A DNA stretch of 64,000 nt from an uncultured Acidimicrobiaceae bacterium (GTDB lineage: Bacteria; Actinomycetota; Acidimicrobiia; Acidimicrobiales; Ilumatobacteraceae): NCBI GenBank assembly GCA_963701575.1, contig CAVPAQ010000009.1, positions 14,607 to 78,606 on the forward strand, given 5' to 3'. The translations under genes were made by a program, and so were the position numbers. Below, in pieces: positions 38,794-48,465 of this stretch (position 1 is the first letter of the stretch; every line of letters begins with the position of its first letter). Below the pieces are notes generated by a model that saw only the letters and a list, made by a program, of their open reading frames with translations, ran no database searches and was not told where the DNA came from.

Positions 38794-40187
38794 TCGATCT
38801 GTCGACCGACGAGGGAATCCGTCGAGCATTCCGGGAGATCGCCGACTGGCCGGCGACGGCGCCCGCCGATCGGAGCGTCACGATGATCCGCGCGTCCCAG
38901 CGTCGCCCGTACGACCGGACTCGACGAGCCGACCGTGGCCGACAACTCGTCGCGGCGGCGGCCGTGTTGTTGGTGGTCGTCGGCGTGGTCGGGTTGGTCG
39001 CCCGCCACGACGGAGGTGATTCCGTGACTGACTCACCTCGGGGTTGGGTGAGCATGGCCGAGAGCCCGCTCTCGGCACGGTTCGCTCCGGCAGCGGTCTG
39101 GGACGGTGAGGAGATGCTGATCTGGGGTGGCTACGACATCGACGGCAACTCGCTGGTCGACGGCGCCGCCTACCGGCCGTCCACGAACACGTGGCGCTCC
39201 ATCGCACCGATGACGACCGACCGGGCCTCGACGTCCTCGCCGCCCCAGGCCGTCCCCGACCTCAGCGCATGGGTCGGGGACGAGGCTGTGTCGATCGTGG
39301 CGTCCGACGGCGACCCATGGGGATGGGACGTGGTCGCCTATGCCCCGGGGACCGACGGCTGGCGCACCATCGAGCAGAACCGCTATGAACAGCTCCCCAC
39401 CGACGAGCTGGTGCCGACCGGCGGTGCCGCACCGATCCACCAACCGTTCGCCGCAGTGAGCTGGCGGGATCAGGCCGTCGTCGTGGGGTGGCGCTCGGAT
39501 CTCGGTCTGATGGGATGGGCGCGGCTCGATCCCGCGACCGGGACGTGGTCGCCGTTCACGGCGCTGATCGGCAGCGAGGCCGCGTACGGGATGCGCAACG
39601 CTCCCGGCAGCCCGACCGTGATCGACGACCGGTATCTCGTGATGATGACGAGCGGACAGTTCACCGGCTTCCCGTTCGGCTATCGCATCGATCTCGTCAC
39701 CGGCACGAGCATCCCCCTCGACGTGCCGGCACAGGTGGGCGCGTTCGCCGTGTCGATCAGCCTCGCCGACGATGGCACGATCATCGGGGTCAGCACCGAC
39801 GAGACGGGCCAGTCGAAACGATTCGCCACACGTCTCGACGGCGCAACGGGAACGTTCTCGGAGATCGCCACCCCGCCGCGCGGCGCCGTCGAGCAGCAAG
39901 CATCGCTGGTCGCGATCCCCGACGGCTACGCGTTGCTGGGCGGCCTCGACGTCGAGGGTGTGACGATGGGTGGGCTGCGGTCCGAGTCGGTGCATCTGTC
40001 GGCCGACTCCGAGGTCGACCGATGGACCGACCTCCCGACGCCTCCGATCGACCTCGACCGCGTCGGACACACGGTGATCTGGACGGGCCGCGGGGTCATC
40101 ATCTGGGGCGGAGCGACGACCGAGTTCGCGGGGCCCGGCAATCTCGCCACCAACCCGCTGCGCGACGGAGCCGTGTACTACCCGTAG
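38790..40187 (+). CDS. Putative anti-sigma factor: single TM helix plus Kelch-like extracellular domain
   Basis: ATGA overlap with the sigma gene; TM helix; AVWDGEEMLIWGG and VIWTGRGVIIWGG...DGA.Y repeats. Confidence 0.7.
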   Translation: MIDLSTDEGIRRAFREIADWPATAPADRSVTMIRASQRRPYDRTRRADRGRQLVAAAAVLLVVVGVVGLVARHDGGDSVTDSPRGWVSMAESPLSARFAPAAVWDGEEMLIWGGYDIDGNSLVDGAAYRPSTNTWRSIAPMTTDRASTSSPPQAVPDLSAWVGDEAVSIVASDGDPWGWDVVAYAPGTDGWRTIEQNRYEQLPTDELVPTGGAAPIHQPFAAVSWRDQAVVVGWRSDLGLMGWARLDPATGTWSPFTALIGSEAAYGMRNAPGSPTVIDDRYLVMMTSGQFTGFPFGYRIDLVTGTSIPLDVPAQVGAFAVSISLADDGTIIGVSTDETGQSKRFATRLDGATGTFSEIATPPRGAVEQQASLVAIPDGYALLGGLDVEGVTMGGLRSESVHLSADSEVDRWTDLPTPPIDLDRVGHTVIWTGRGVIIWGGATTEFAGPGNLATNPLRDGAVYYP

Positions 40188-40223
40188 GTCCGAGCGATCC
40201 CTGCGCCGGATACCGTGCTCTCG

Positions 40224-40838
40224 ATGGGCGTCTATCGCGAGCGGATCCTGCCCCACATCATCGATCGGGCATGTGGCACGCCCGAACTGCAGGCGTGGCG
40301 ACGCCAGGTCGCAGCCGGCCTGCACGGCCGCATCGTCGAGATCGGGTTCGGATCGGGATTGAACATCGAAGCGCTGCCCGACGAGGTCGAGATCGTGTTC
40401 GCCGTCGAGCCCGCGGACGTCGCCCGCCGGTTGGCAGAGGCGAGAATCGCAGCCGGCAGTGTCACGGTCGAGCACGTCGGTCTCGACGGGCAGCAGATCC
40501 CGCTCGCCGACGACTCGTGCGACGGCGCCCTGAGCACGTTCACACTGTGCACGATTCCCGACGTGGATGCGGCGCTCGCCGAACTACGCCGGGTCGTGCG
40601 GCCGGGCGGCCGGTTGCACTTCCTCGAGCACGGACTCTCGCCCGATGCCGGTGTGGCGAAGTGGCAGCGCCGAATCGAACCTGCCCAGCGGCGGCTGGCC
40701 GACGGTTGCCACCTGACGCGCGACCCGGCCGAGATGGTGCTGCGGGCGGGATTCGAACTCGAGCAGGTGTCGTCGCGATACGCGAAGGGTCCCAAGCCGT
40801 GGAGTTGGTTCACCGAGGGTGTCGCTCGCAACCTGTGA
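40224..40838 (+). CDS. Class I SAM-dependent methyltransferase
   Basis: VEIGFGSGLN, FTLCTIPD, RPGG..FLEHG, GCHLTR. Confidence 0.88.
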   Translation: MGVYRERILPHIIDRACGTPELQAWRRQVAAGLHGRIVEIGFGSGLNIEALPDEVEIVFAVEPADVARRLAEARIAAGSVTVEHVGLDGQQIPLADDSCDGALSTFTLCTIPDVDAALAELRRVVRPGGRLHFLEHGLSPDAGVAKWQRRIEPAQRRLADGCHLTRDPAEMVLRAGFELEQVSSRYAKGPKPWSWFTEGVARNL

Positions 40839-40868
40839 CGCGATGATCGGTGTGTTCGGACGGGCGGC

Positions 40869-41036
40869 TCAGGGGCAGCCGACTCCGTGCAATGCCGCAC
40901 AGGCCGGGCACAGTCGTGCGGCACCGTCGGGCGTGTCGAACGAGCGAGCCTGCGGCAATCCGCACGACACACATTCGGTCGCGACCGATGTCGTCGATGG
41001 GGATCCGGTGGCGTCGGCGGTCCGTTCCGTATGCAC
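40869..41036 (-). CDS. Small 55-aa putative zinc-ribbon protein
   Basis: GTG 41036 with TATCTT -10 seven nt upstream; CVSC...CPAC; fills an otherwise empty gap. Confidence 0.55.
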   Translation of the reverse strand: MHTERTADATGSPSTTSVATECVSCGLPQARSFDTPDGAARLCPACAALHGVGCP

Positions 41037-41118
41037 CCTGACCAAGATAGCCAACGCGACGCTGCGCCTGCGGCGAGTGCCCGCTGCCGGCGAGACGACC
41101 GCTGGTGCCCCGACACCG

Positions 41119-42390
41119 TCAGCCGATACCGTCCCCGAGCACCTCCGCCGCGGCCCTGCGACCCGACTCGTATGCTCCGTGCACGGTGCCGAACGAGGCC
41201 GGAACCGTGTGCTCGCCGGCGAAGAACAGCCCGCCTGAGCCGGGCCGGGCGAGTTGTTGCATGTCAGCGGGGCCACCGCCGACCGGCACATAGCTGTACG
41301 AACCGTTTGCCAGGGCGTCGTTGGTCCAATCGGTCATGTGGACGGCGATCGGGTCGGGCGCTTCGGGGATCATGGTCCGCAACACATCGAGTGCAACTGC
41401 GGCACGCTCGTCGAGAGTGAGCTCCAGCATGCCCGGCGTCACCTTCGGGTTGTAGAAGGCGATCAGCGTCGGCTGACCGGCGTGGTGACTGGTGTCGATC
41501 CAGGTCGGAAACCGGTGATCGTCGGACACGAACGTCATGCGGCGCGCGGCCGCCGGCCAGAACCGCTCGGCGAAGCGGAACACGGCCTTCTCGAGATTCG
41601 CCATGGCGAGCCGGTCGGCGGCGGCCTCGTGGGCGGGAATCTCGGGCCGGAACGAGACCGTGCGACGCTGGAGCACGGTCAGCGGGACGCTGACGACGAC
41701 ACGGTCACACGCGTACGCGGCAGCCGCGGTCGTCACCATGCAGCGATCGTCGCCGTGCTCGACCGACAGCACCGATTCGTCGACGCGGATGTCGAGCCCG
41801 GCCGCCAGGTGCGCGACCAGTTCGACGTAGCCGCCGGTGATCATGACGTTGCCACCGGGGTGCAACTCGTAGCCGGCGGTGCCGGACACCGACACGCGCG
41901 ATGGAACGCCGGCGATGTTCAATGCCGCTTCGAGCCACACGATCCCGAATCGGGCGATGTCAGCCTGGCGCCCGGCGAGGCGCCGATCCGCGACATACCA
42001 CTCGGCGGCATCGACGTAGGTGGCGGACGGGTGCAGCGCCTCTGCTGCTTCGTCAGGGTCGAAGTCGTGTTGCGTTGCCACGAGCGTCGTGGCGACATCG
42101 GCCGGCGCCCAACCCTCGCCCTCCACGAAGACCGTGAGACCGGTCCCCCACACGCCGTCGTTGGCCCACGTCAGACCCGCCCGTCGCACCTCGTCGGCGA
42201 GCGGGTTGTGGCGCGGGCCGTGGATCCATGAACCACCGAGGTCGATCTGCGCACCGGCCACGTCGGCGGTCCACGTGCGGCCTCCGATCCGGTCGCGGGC
42301 CTCGAGCACGGTCACGTCGGCTCCACCGGCGACGAGCTCACGGGCCGCCGTCAGCCCCGACACACCGGCGCCGACGACGATCACCCGCAT
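41119..42390 (-). CDS. Flavin monoamine/polyamine oxidase family protein
   Basis: GAGVSG, EARDRIGGR, DLGGSWIHG, GSYS, FAGEHT, GTVHGA. Confidence 0.9.
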   Translation of the reverse strand: MRVIVVGAGVSGLTAARELVAGGADVTVLEARDRIGGRTWTADVAGAQIDLGGSWIHGPRHNPLADEVRRAGLTWANDGVWGTGLTVFVEGEGWAPADVATTLVATQHDFDPDEAAEALHPSATYVDAAEWYVADRRLAGRQADIARFGIVWLEAALNIAGVPSRVSVSGTAGYELHPGGNVMITGGYVELVAHLAAGLDIRVDESVLSVEHGDDRCMVTTAAAAYACDRVVVSVPLTVLQRRTVSFRPEIPAHEAAADRLAMANLEKAVFRFAERFWPAAARRMTFVSDDHRFPTWIDTSHHAGQPTLIAFYNPKVTPGMLELTLDERAAVALDVLRTMIPEAPDPIAVHMTDWTNDALANGSYSYVPVGGGPADMQQLARPGSGGLFFAGEHTVPASFGTVHGAYESGRRAAAEVLGDGIG

Positions 42391-42399
42391 CGACGCGAC

Positions 42400-43989
42400 C
42401 TACTTCGCCAGGTCGGCGATGATCTGCTTGCTGGCGAGCCAGCCGGGGCCGCCGCTCACGCAGCCGCCGGGATGTGTGCCCGAACCGCACTGGTAGTAGC
42501 CCTCGATCGGTGTGCGGTACTGATTCCAGCCCGGTGCGGGGCGGAAGAAGTACATCTGTGGTGCGAGGAACTCGCCGTGGAAGATGTTGCCCTCCGGCAG
42601 ACCGGCGACGGTTTCGATGTCGAGCGGGGTCACCACCTCGCGCTGCAGCACGAGGTCGGAGAAGCCCGGGAAGAACGACTCGAGCGTGTTCTGCACGTTG
42701 TCGGCCATGTGCTCGCGCTCGGTCGTCCAGTCACTGCCCTTCAGGTGATACGGCGTGTAGTGGATGAAGCACGACATCACGTGCTTGCCGGGTGGCGCCA
42801 TGTCGGGGTCGATCGTGGACTGGATCGCTCCGTCGATGTAGGGGCGGGTCGAGTACCACCCGTACTTCGCCTCGTCGAACGCACGCTCGAGGTATTCCAT
42901 CGAGGGCCCGATGTTCGTGAAGCCGCGGAACATGTCGCCGCGATCACCGAGCGACGGATACTTCGGCAGTGCGTCGAGGGCGAAGTTGACCTTCGACGAC
43001 GTGCCCTGGTAGCGGTAACGGCGGAGGCTGTCGACCAGGTCGGCCGGCAGCTCACGCTGATCGACGAACTTCGTGAACGTGCGGCGCGGGTCGGCCGCCG
43101 ACACGACGACCTTGGCAGACAGTTCGGTGCCGTCGGTCAGTGCCACGCCGGTCGCCCGACCGTTCGAGGTGATCACCTGCTCGACCTCGGCATTGAGCTT
43201 GATCTCTGCTCCGAGTGCCTGGGCCGCGCGGCCGAGCACCTGGGTGAACCCACCGTTGCCGCCCTTGTGGAACGCCCACGATCCGAACCCACCGTCGTGT
43301 TCGCCCATGCCGTGGAACAGCAGCACCAATCCCGACCCTTGCGACATCGGCCCGACCTTGGTGCCGATGATGCCCGACGACGCCAGGTAGCCCTTGATGA
43401 TCGCGCTCTCGAAGTAGTCGTCGAGGAAGTCGGCCGCGCTGCCGGTGAGCAACCGCACCAAATTGTGCAGCACGTTCGGCTCGATGCCGCGCAGGTGCTG
43501 GGCGAGGTCGGCCATCTCCGCGAGGCCCTCCGGCGACATGTCGAACAGGTTCGGTGGCACCTTGTCGAACAGCGGCTTGACGGCCCGCACGACCATCTCG
43601 ATGTCGTGGCCGTACTGATCGTAGGCGTCAGCATCGTGTTGCGAATGGCGAGCGATCTCCTTGATGTTCTCGTTGCGGTCCTGGCCCATCACGAGGCTGT
43701 CGCCGTTCTCCATCGGGCAGAACGACGACGGCATCAGCAGCGGCATGAACCCGTGCTTCACGAGATCGAGCTCGTGGATGATGTTCGGGCGAAGCAGACT
43801 GAGTGCGTACGAGAACGTCGTGAACTTGAAACCCGGCCGCAGCTCCTCGGTGATCGCTGCCCCGCCGACCAGGTGGCGACGCTCGAGGATCAGCGTGCGC
43901 AGGCCGGCCTTGGCGAGATAGGCGCCGTTGACGAGCCCGTTGTGCCCACCCCCGATGACGATCGCGTCGTACTCGGTGTTCGAACTCAT
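42400..43989 (-). CDS. FAD-dependent oxidoreductase, phytoene-desaturase superfamily, PYROXD2-like
   Basis: IGGGHNGL...ERRHLVGGAAITEE..PGFKF...SYALSLLRP; GNIFHG; CGSGTHPGG. Confidence 0.85.
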   Translation of the reverse strand: MSSNTEYDAIVIGGGHNGLVNGAYLAKAGLRTLILERRHLVGGAAITEELRPGFKFTTFSYALSLLRPNIIHELDLVKHGFMPLLMPSSFCPMENGDSLVMGQDRNENIKEIARHSQHDADAYDQYGHDIEMVVRAVKPLFDKVPPNLFDMSPEGLAEMADLAQHLRGIEPNVLHNLVRLLTGSAADFLDDYFESAIIKGYLASSGIIGTKVGPMSQGSGLVLLFHGMGEHDGGFGSWAFHKGGNGGFTQVLGRAAQALGAEIKLNAEVEQVITSNGRATGVALTDGTELSAKVVVSAADPRRTFTKFVDQRELPADLVDSLRRYRYQGTSSKVNFALDALPKYPSLGDRGDMFRGFTNIGPSMEYLERAFDEAKYGWYSTRPYIDGAIQSTIDPDMAPPGKHVMSCFIHYTPYHLKGSDWTTEREHMADNVQNTLESFFPGFSDLVLQREVVTPLDIETVAGLPEGNIFHGEFLAPQMYFFRPAPGWNQYRTPIEGYYQCGSGTHPGGCVSGGPGWLASKQIIADLAK

Positions 43990-45203
43990 GGTTGGGCTCC
44001 TGGTGTCGACGTCTTGCGGTCGGGGGTGAAGAACGGCGTGCGGGTGACGTGGGCGCCGACCTGCACGTAGTGGTGGTTAACCGTGAACTCGAGGTTGACC
44101 TTGGTGCCGGGTTTGGTCATGTCGGGCCGCAGCCGCGCCAGCGCGATGTGGCGCTGTAGCACCGGCGAGTACATGAAGCTCGTGGCATAGCCCACGCGCG
44201 TGGCATCGTCGTCGTACACCATCATGTCCTCGTGGACCGGGGTGTGGTCCTTGGGCGGCACCATGCCGGCCTCGGTGTACTTGCGGTCGTAGTCGTCCCA
44301 GTCGACGACGAGGCCCACCATCTTCCAGCGCGACGTGCCGTCGGATTTCTCACGCAGGATCGCCCGGCGGCCGATGAAGGGGCGGCTGTCGTCGTCGATC
44401 CCCCGCAACATCCAGTTCAGCCCGAGCTCGATCGGAGTCGAACGGTGCTCGTCGTTCTGGGCCAGCCGGCTGGCCTCGAAGTCGACGTTGATCAACAGCA
44501 GGCCGGCCTCGATACGGGCCATCAGCAGCGCCGTCTGGCCGAACGGGAGCAACCCGTGCGGGGTGCCGACCTCGCTGACCGCATCCCACACGGCATCGGC
44601 GTCGGTTGCGTCACAGTAGATCTCGAAACCTAGGTCGCCGGTGAAGCCGGTCCGCGAGATCGTGACCGACGCGTCACCGATCTTGGCCGAGGCATGGTCG
44701 AAGAACCCGAGTTGGTTCACCTCGGGAGCGAGCTCGGCGAGCACGGTGCGGCTGCGCGGACCCTGCACGGCGAGCGTGCCGTAGTCGTGGGTGACCTCCG
44801 CGATCTCGACGCGGTCGGTGCCGATCAGGTTCTGGAAGTACGACAGATTCGGTTCGGCGGCCGTGAGCAGGAAGTCATCGGCGGCGTGCCGGAACACGAC
44901 ACCGTCCTCGTTCACGTAGCCGCGGTCGTCGCACCAGATCGTGTACTGCGCCTGACCGGGCCGACAGGTGCGGATGTCGCGGGTCAGCACACCGCCGAGA
45001 TACTTCTCGGCATCGGGGCCGACGATCCGGTACTTGTAGAGCGGCGACGAGTCGAACATGCCGACCGCATTGCGGATCGCCGCGTATTCGAACTTCTCCG
45101 ACATCTGGTACTTGTCGACGACGAGGTGGCCGGACCAATGACTCCAGAGCGAGGTCTGGTTGGCGGCCGCGACCCGGTCGTGGAACGGTGATTGCCGCAG
45201 CAT
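43986..45203 (-). CDS. GcvT-like aminomethyltransferase (folate-binding)
   Basis: EYAAIR, LAVQGPRS, SRTGFTGDLGFEI, RIEAG, SPVL; ATGA overlap with the downstream oxidoreductase. Confidence 0.9.
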   Translation of the reverse strand: MLRQSPFHDRVAAANQTSLWSHWSGHLVVDKYQMSEKFEYAAIRNAVGMFDSSPLYKYRIVGPDAEKYLGGVLTRDIRTCRPGQAQYTIWCDDRGYVNEDGVVFRHAADDFLLTAAEPNLSYFQNLIGTDRVEIAEVTHDYGTLAVQGPRSRTVLAELAPEVNQLGFFDHASAKIGDASVTISRTGFTGDLGFEIYCDATDADAVWDAVSEVGTPHGLLPFGQTALLMARIEAGLLLINVDFEASRLAQNDEHRSTPIELGLNWMLRGIDDDSRPFIGRRAILREKSDGTSRWKMVGLVVDWDDYDRKYTEAGMVPPKDHTPVHEDMMVYDDDATRVGYATSFMYSPVLQRHIALARLRPDMTKPGTKVNLEFTVNHHYVQVGAHVTRTPFFTPDRKTSTPGAQP

Positions 45204-45223
45204 GACGAGACCGTACCGCGTTG

Positions 45224-45239
45224 TTGGACAAGTGCGCAA
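45224..45239. promoter_or_regulatory. Weak candidate TetR operator between the divergent gcvT-like and tetR genes
   Basis: TTG-N10-CAA imperfect palindrome in the 59-bp divergent gap. Confidence 0.35.
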
Positions 45240-45262
45240 TACCTATCTAGGGTGGAGGACGA

Positions 45263-45859
45263 ATGGCCCGACTCTCCCCTGACGACCGCCGCCGGGCGAT
45301 CATCGATGCCACGCTCGCCGTCGCTCGCCGCAAGGGTCTGGGCGCCACGACGGTGCGGGACGTCGCGACCGAGATGGGAACCTCGAGTGGCCTCGTCCAC
45401 CACTACTTCGCGTCGATGGACGACGTACTCGCGGCAGCGTTCGAGCAGGCGGCCGGCGGCGACCTCACCCGTGCGGTCGCCGCGATCGACGGCGAACCCT
45501 CGGCTGCGGCTCAGCTCGACGCGTTCATCGACAGCTATGCCCCGGCTCAATCCGACTGGACGATGCAGCTCTGGCTCGACGCGTGGGCCGAAGCGTCACG
45601 GCGCCCTGCCCTGCAGCAGGTGTCGCGACGGCTCAACCGCGAGTGGCAAGCGCTGGTCCGCGACATCATCGAACACGGGGCGGCGTCGGGCGAGTTCACC
45701 ACCGACGATCCGGACGCGGCCGCTTGGCGGCTGCTGTCGGTGCTCGACGGACTCGCCCTCCAAGTGGTGGCCCACGCGGCACTGATCACCCGCGACGAGG
45801 TGATCGCCTGGACCCGATCGGCGGCGACTCGAGAACTGGGCACGAGCATCCGACCGTGA
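45263..45859 (+). CDS. TetR-family (BetI-like) regulator
   Basis: TTVRDVA..MGTSSGLVHHYF HTH. Confidence 0.9.
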   Translation: MARLSPDDRRRAIIDATLAVARRKGLGATTVRDVATEMGTSSGLVHHYFASMDDVLAAAFEQAAGGDLTRAVAAIDGEPSAAAQLDAFIDSYAPAQSDWTMQLWLDAWAEASRRPALQQVSRRLNREWQALVRDIIEHGAASGEFTTDDPDAAAWRLLSVLDGLALQVVAHAALITRDEVIAWTRSAATRELGTSIRP

Positions 45860-45892
45860 GGCGCGCGCGGCGCTGCGGCATCGCTTCGAGCC

Positions 45893-46300
45893 TCAGACGT
45901 CACCGGGGAACAGGCAGAAAGGGTGGCCCTCCGGATCGAGCATCACCCGGACGTCCGCTTGCGGCTGGTGCTCGGCAACGGTCGCTCCCACCTCGATCGC
46001 CCACTCGACGCCTCGGTCGAGGTCGGCGACCGCGATGTCGAGATGGATCATCATCTGCTGCTCACCGGGCGCTGTCGGCCATACCGGCGGCGTGTAATAC
46101 CGATCCCACTGGAACTCGATCTTCAGGTGGCCCGATGGCGACACGATCCTGGCCCACCCGTCCTCGGGCGGATGGCCCGGCCTCGGCCCCTCGCGCTCGG
46201 TCATGGTCCAGCCCAGCAACCGCTCGTAGAAGGCCGCCAACCCGATGGCGTCCGCCGCGTCGAGCACGGGACCGGAAATCCGCATCGATGGCCGCTCCAA
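45893..46300 (-). CDS. VOC/glyoxalase-like protein
   Basis: LAAFYERLLGW, HLDIAV, MLDPEGHPFCL. Confidence 0.88.
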   Translation of the reverse strand: MERPSMRISGPVLDAADAIGLAAFYERLLGWTMTEREGPRPGHPPEDGWARIVSPSGHLKIEFQWDRYYTPPVWPTAPGEQQMMIHLDIAVADLDRGVEWAIEVGATVAEHQPQADVRVMLDPEGHPFCLFPGDV

Positions 46301-46419
46301 GGCCCCTCCCGTGTCACGCTCGGCCCGTCGGCCCATCGTAGACGTCCGGCCGGCAGGTGTCGATCAGCCGGTGACGGTCGAGCGACCACAGCGTCGCGGA
46401 CCGAGAGCGGTGCCCGCGT

Positions 46420-47616
46420 TCACGGTGCGGCGAGTTCGGCAGCGAGACACGACGCGGCGGCCGCGATTCCGGAACCCGCCATCGGCGCGCCCATCGCCAA
46501 CAGGGCCGCCTCGATCGAGCCGAGCACCCCGAGCACCATGGGTGCATTGACATGGCCCATGTGACCGATCCGGAACGACGTTCCGGCGATCGAGCCGACA
46601 CCCACGCCGAGCGTGACGCCCATCTGCTCCTTGCAGATCCGCGACAGCTCGACGGAATCGACCGACCCGGTGTGGATCGTGGTGACCGAGTTCGCCCGCT
46701 CGGAGGGTTCGACCACATGCAACGACAGACCACCCGGCGCCGACCACGCGTCGACAGCCGCCCGAATTCCGCCCGCCAACACCCGATGACGCGCCCACCG
46801 GGCATCGAGACCTTCCTCGCCGATCATCCGCAGCGCCTCGTGGATGCCGAAGAGATGGGCGACGGGTGGAGTGCCGCAGTAGCGCAGGTAGTGCGGACCC
46901 TCCTCGGTGCGGTTGGTCCAGTCCCAGTACCTCGTCCGCAAGTCGGCCGATCGGTGCGCTGCGAGCGCGCGCGGCCCGGGCCACACGAAACCCAATCCGG
47001 GCGGCGTCATCAGGCCCTTCTGCGACGCGGCCAACGCCAGGTCGACCCCCCACTCGTCCATGAAGAACGGTTCGCAGCCCATCGTGGCGATGCAGTCGAT
47101 CATCAGCAACGCCGGGTGACCGGCCGCATCGAGCGCCCGGCGGAATGCGGGCAGGTCGTTGCGTGCCGATGACGCCGTATCGGCGTGGACCATCAGCACC
47201 GCCTTGATCTCGTGGTTCGGGTCGGCCCGCAAGGCCTCTTCCAGCCGAGCGGGGTCGTCGGCCCGCCCAGGCTCGGCTTCGATCAGCTCGACGTCGAGCC
47301 CGTTGAACGTCGCCATCTCGCCCCAGACGGCACCGAACCGGCCGCAGTTCAACACGATCACCCGGTCACCTCGCGAGAGCGTGTTGGTCAGCGCCATCTC
47401 CCACGCCGAATGCCCGTTGCCGATGGTGACGAAGGCGCGACTCGCAGTGCCGGCCAGGCCGGGGAGTGCATCGAACACCTCGTCGGTGACCGACAGGAGC
47501 TCACCGTCGTAGATGTCGGGCATCGCTCGATGCATGGCCGACAGGACACGGGCGGGAACGACGGTGGGTCCGGGGATCGCGACGATCTCCGGTCCGGCGG
47601 CAAGCAGTGTGGGCAC
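46420..47616 (-). CDS. Class V PLP aminotransferase (serine/alanine-glyoxylate type)
   Basis: IPGPT, HADTAS, IDCIA, SQKGLMTPPGL, FRIGHMG. Confidence 0.9.
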   Translation of the reverse strand: MPTLLAAGPEIVAIPGPTVVPARVLSAMHRAMPDIYDGELLSVTDEVFDALPGLAGTASRAFVTIGNGHSAWEMALTNTLSRGDRVIVLNCGRFGAVWGEMATFNGLDVELIEAEPGRADDPARLEEALRADPNHEIKAVLMVHADTASSARNDLPAFRRALDAAGHPALLMIDCIATMGCEPFFMDEWGVDLALAASQKGLMTPPGLGFVWPGPRALAAHRSADLRTRYWDWTNRTEEGPHYLRYCGTPPVAHLFGIHEALRMIGEEGLDARWARHRVLAGGIRAAVDAWSAPGGLSLHVVEPSERANSVTTIHTGSVDSVELSRICKEQMGVTLGVGVGSIAGTSFRIGHMGHVNAPMVLGVLGSIEAALLAMGAPMAGSGIAAAASCLAAELAAP

Positions 47617-47710
47617 GCGCCGAGTTTGACATGCACGTATGCGGTTCGCCCGAATCGGGTCGGCAGCCCCCTCCCCGGAGCAAGACCGGTGTCGGTACGA
47701 TCGGGTTCGG

Positions 47711-48346
47711 ATGACGACTTCAGCCAGCGACCAGCGCAGATCGGAGATCCTCGATGCTGTGGTGCGGGTGATCATCGACGTCGGGTACACCGAGATGACC
47801 GTCGCCGATGTGGCCGGGGTCGCCGGCGTCTCGACCGCTCTCGTGCACTACCACTTCTCGTCGAAGGCCGCTCTGATCGCCGCTGCCCTGCGAGAGGCCA
47901 GCGAGGACGACAAGCGGTTTCGGGAGGCGATCGTCGAGGGCCCGGGGTCGGCGACTGCGCGGCTCTCGCGCCTCCTGTGCCAGTCGTTGCCGTCCGACGC
48001 CTCGGACGGATCGTGGCTGCTGTGGATCGAGACGTGGGGCGAGACCCGCCGCAACGCCGAGATTCGCGAGGTCATGAGCGATCTCGACGCTCACGAGATC
48101 GCGACGATCATCGACCTGATCGCCTCCGGCCAGTCAGCCGGCGAGTTCGAGTGCCCGGATGTCAACGCCGCGGCCGCACGGCTGACCGCATTGCGCGATG
48201 GGCTGGCGATCGATCGCACGTTGTTCCATGAAGACCTCGCCGAGGAGGTCCTCGCCGAGCAGCTGCGCGGAGCGATCGCGTACAACCTCGGCATGTCGGC
48301 GGATGCATTCACCGCGGCGCTCGCGACGCCTGCCGGTCGCGACTGA
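47711..48346 (+). CDS. TetR-family (BetI-like) regulator
   Basis: MTVADVA..AGVSTALVHYHF HTH. Confidence 0.9.
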   Translation: MTTSASDQRRSEILDAVVRVIIDVGYTEMTVADVAGVAGVSTALVHYHFSSKAALIAAALREASEDDKRFREAIVEGPGSATARLSRLLCQSLPSDASDGSWLLWIETWGETRRNAEIREVMSDLDAHEIATIIDLIASGQSAGEFECPDVNAAAARLTALRDGLAIDRTLFHEDLAEEVLAEQLRGAIAYNLGMSADAFTAALATPAGRD

Positions 48347-48465
48347 TCGGGCCGCGGATCCGATGGATCCGATCATGTGCACGCGGCCTGAACCGGGCTA
48401 ATCTGGGCGGAGCCGGAGCGCCGCTCCTGGTCGGGTTCGTAGCGAGATCGACTTGATCGAAGGGA

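Noticed and set aside
42400-43989. Assignment as carotenoid desaturase crtI/crtO
   Set aside because: No carotenoid genes nearby; coupled to a GcvT-like gene.
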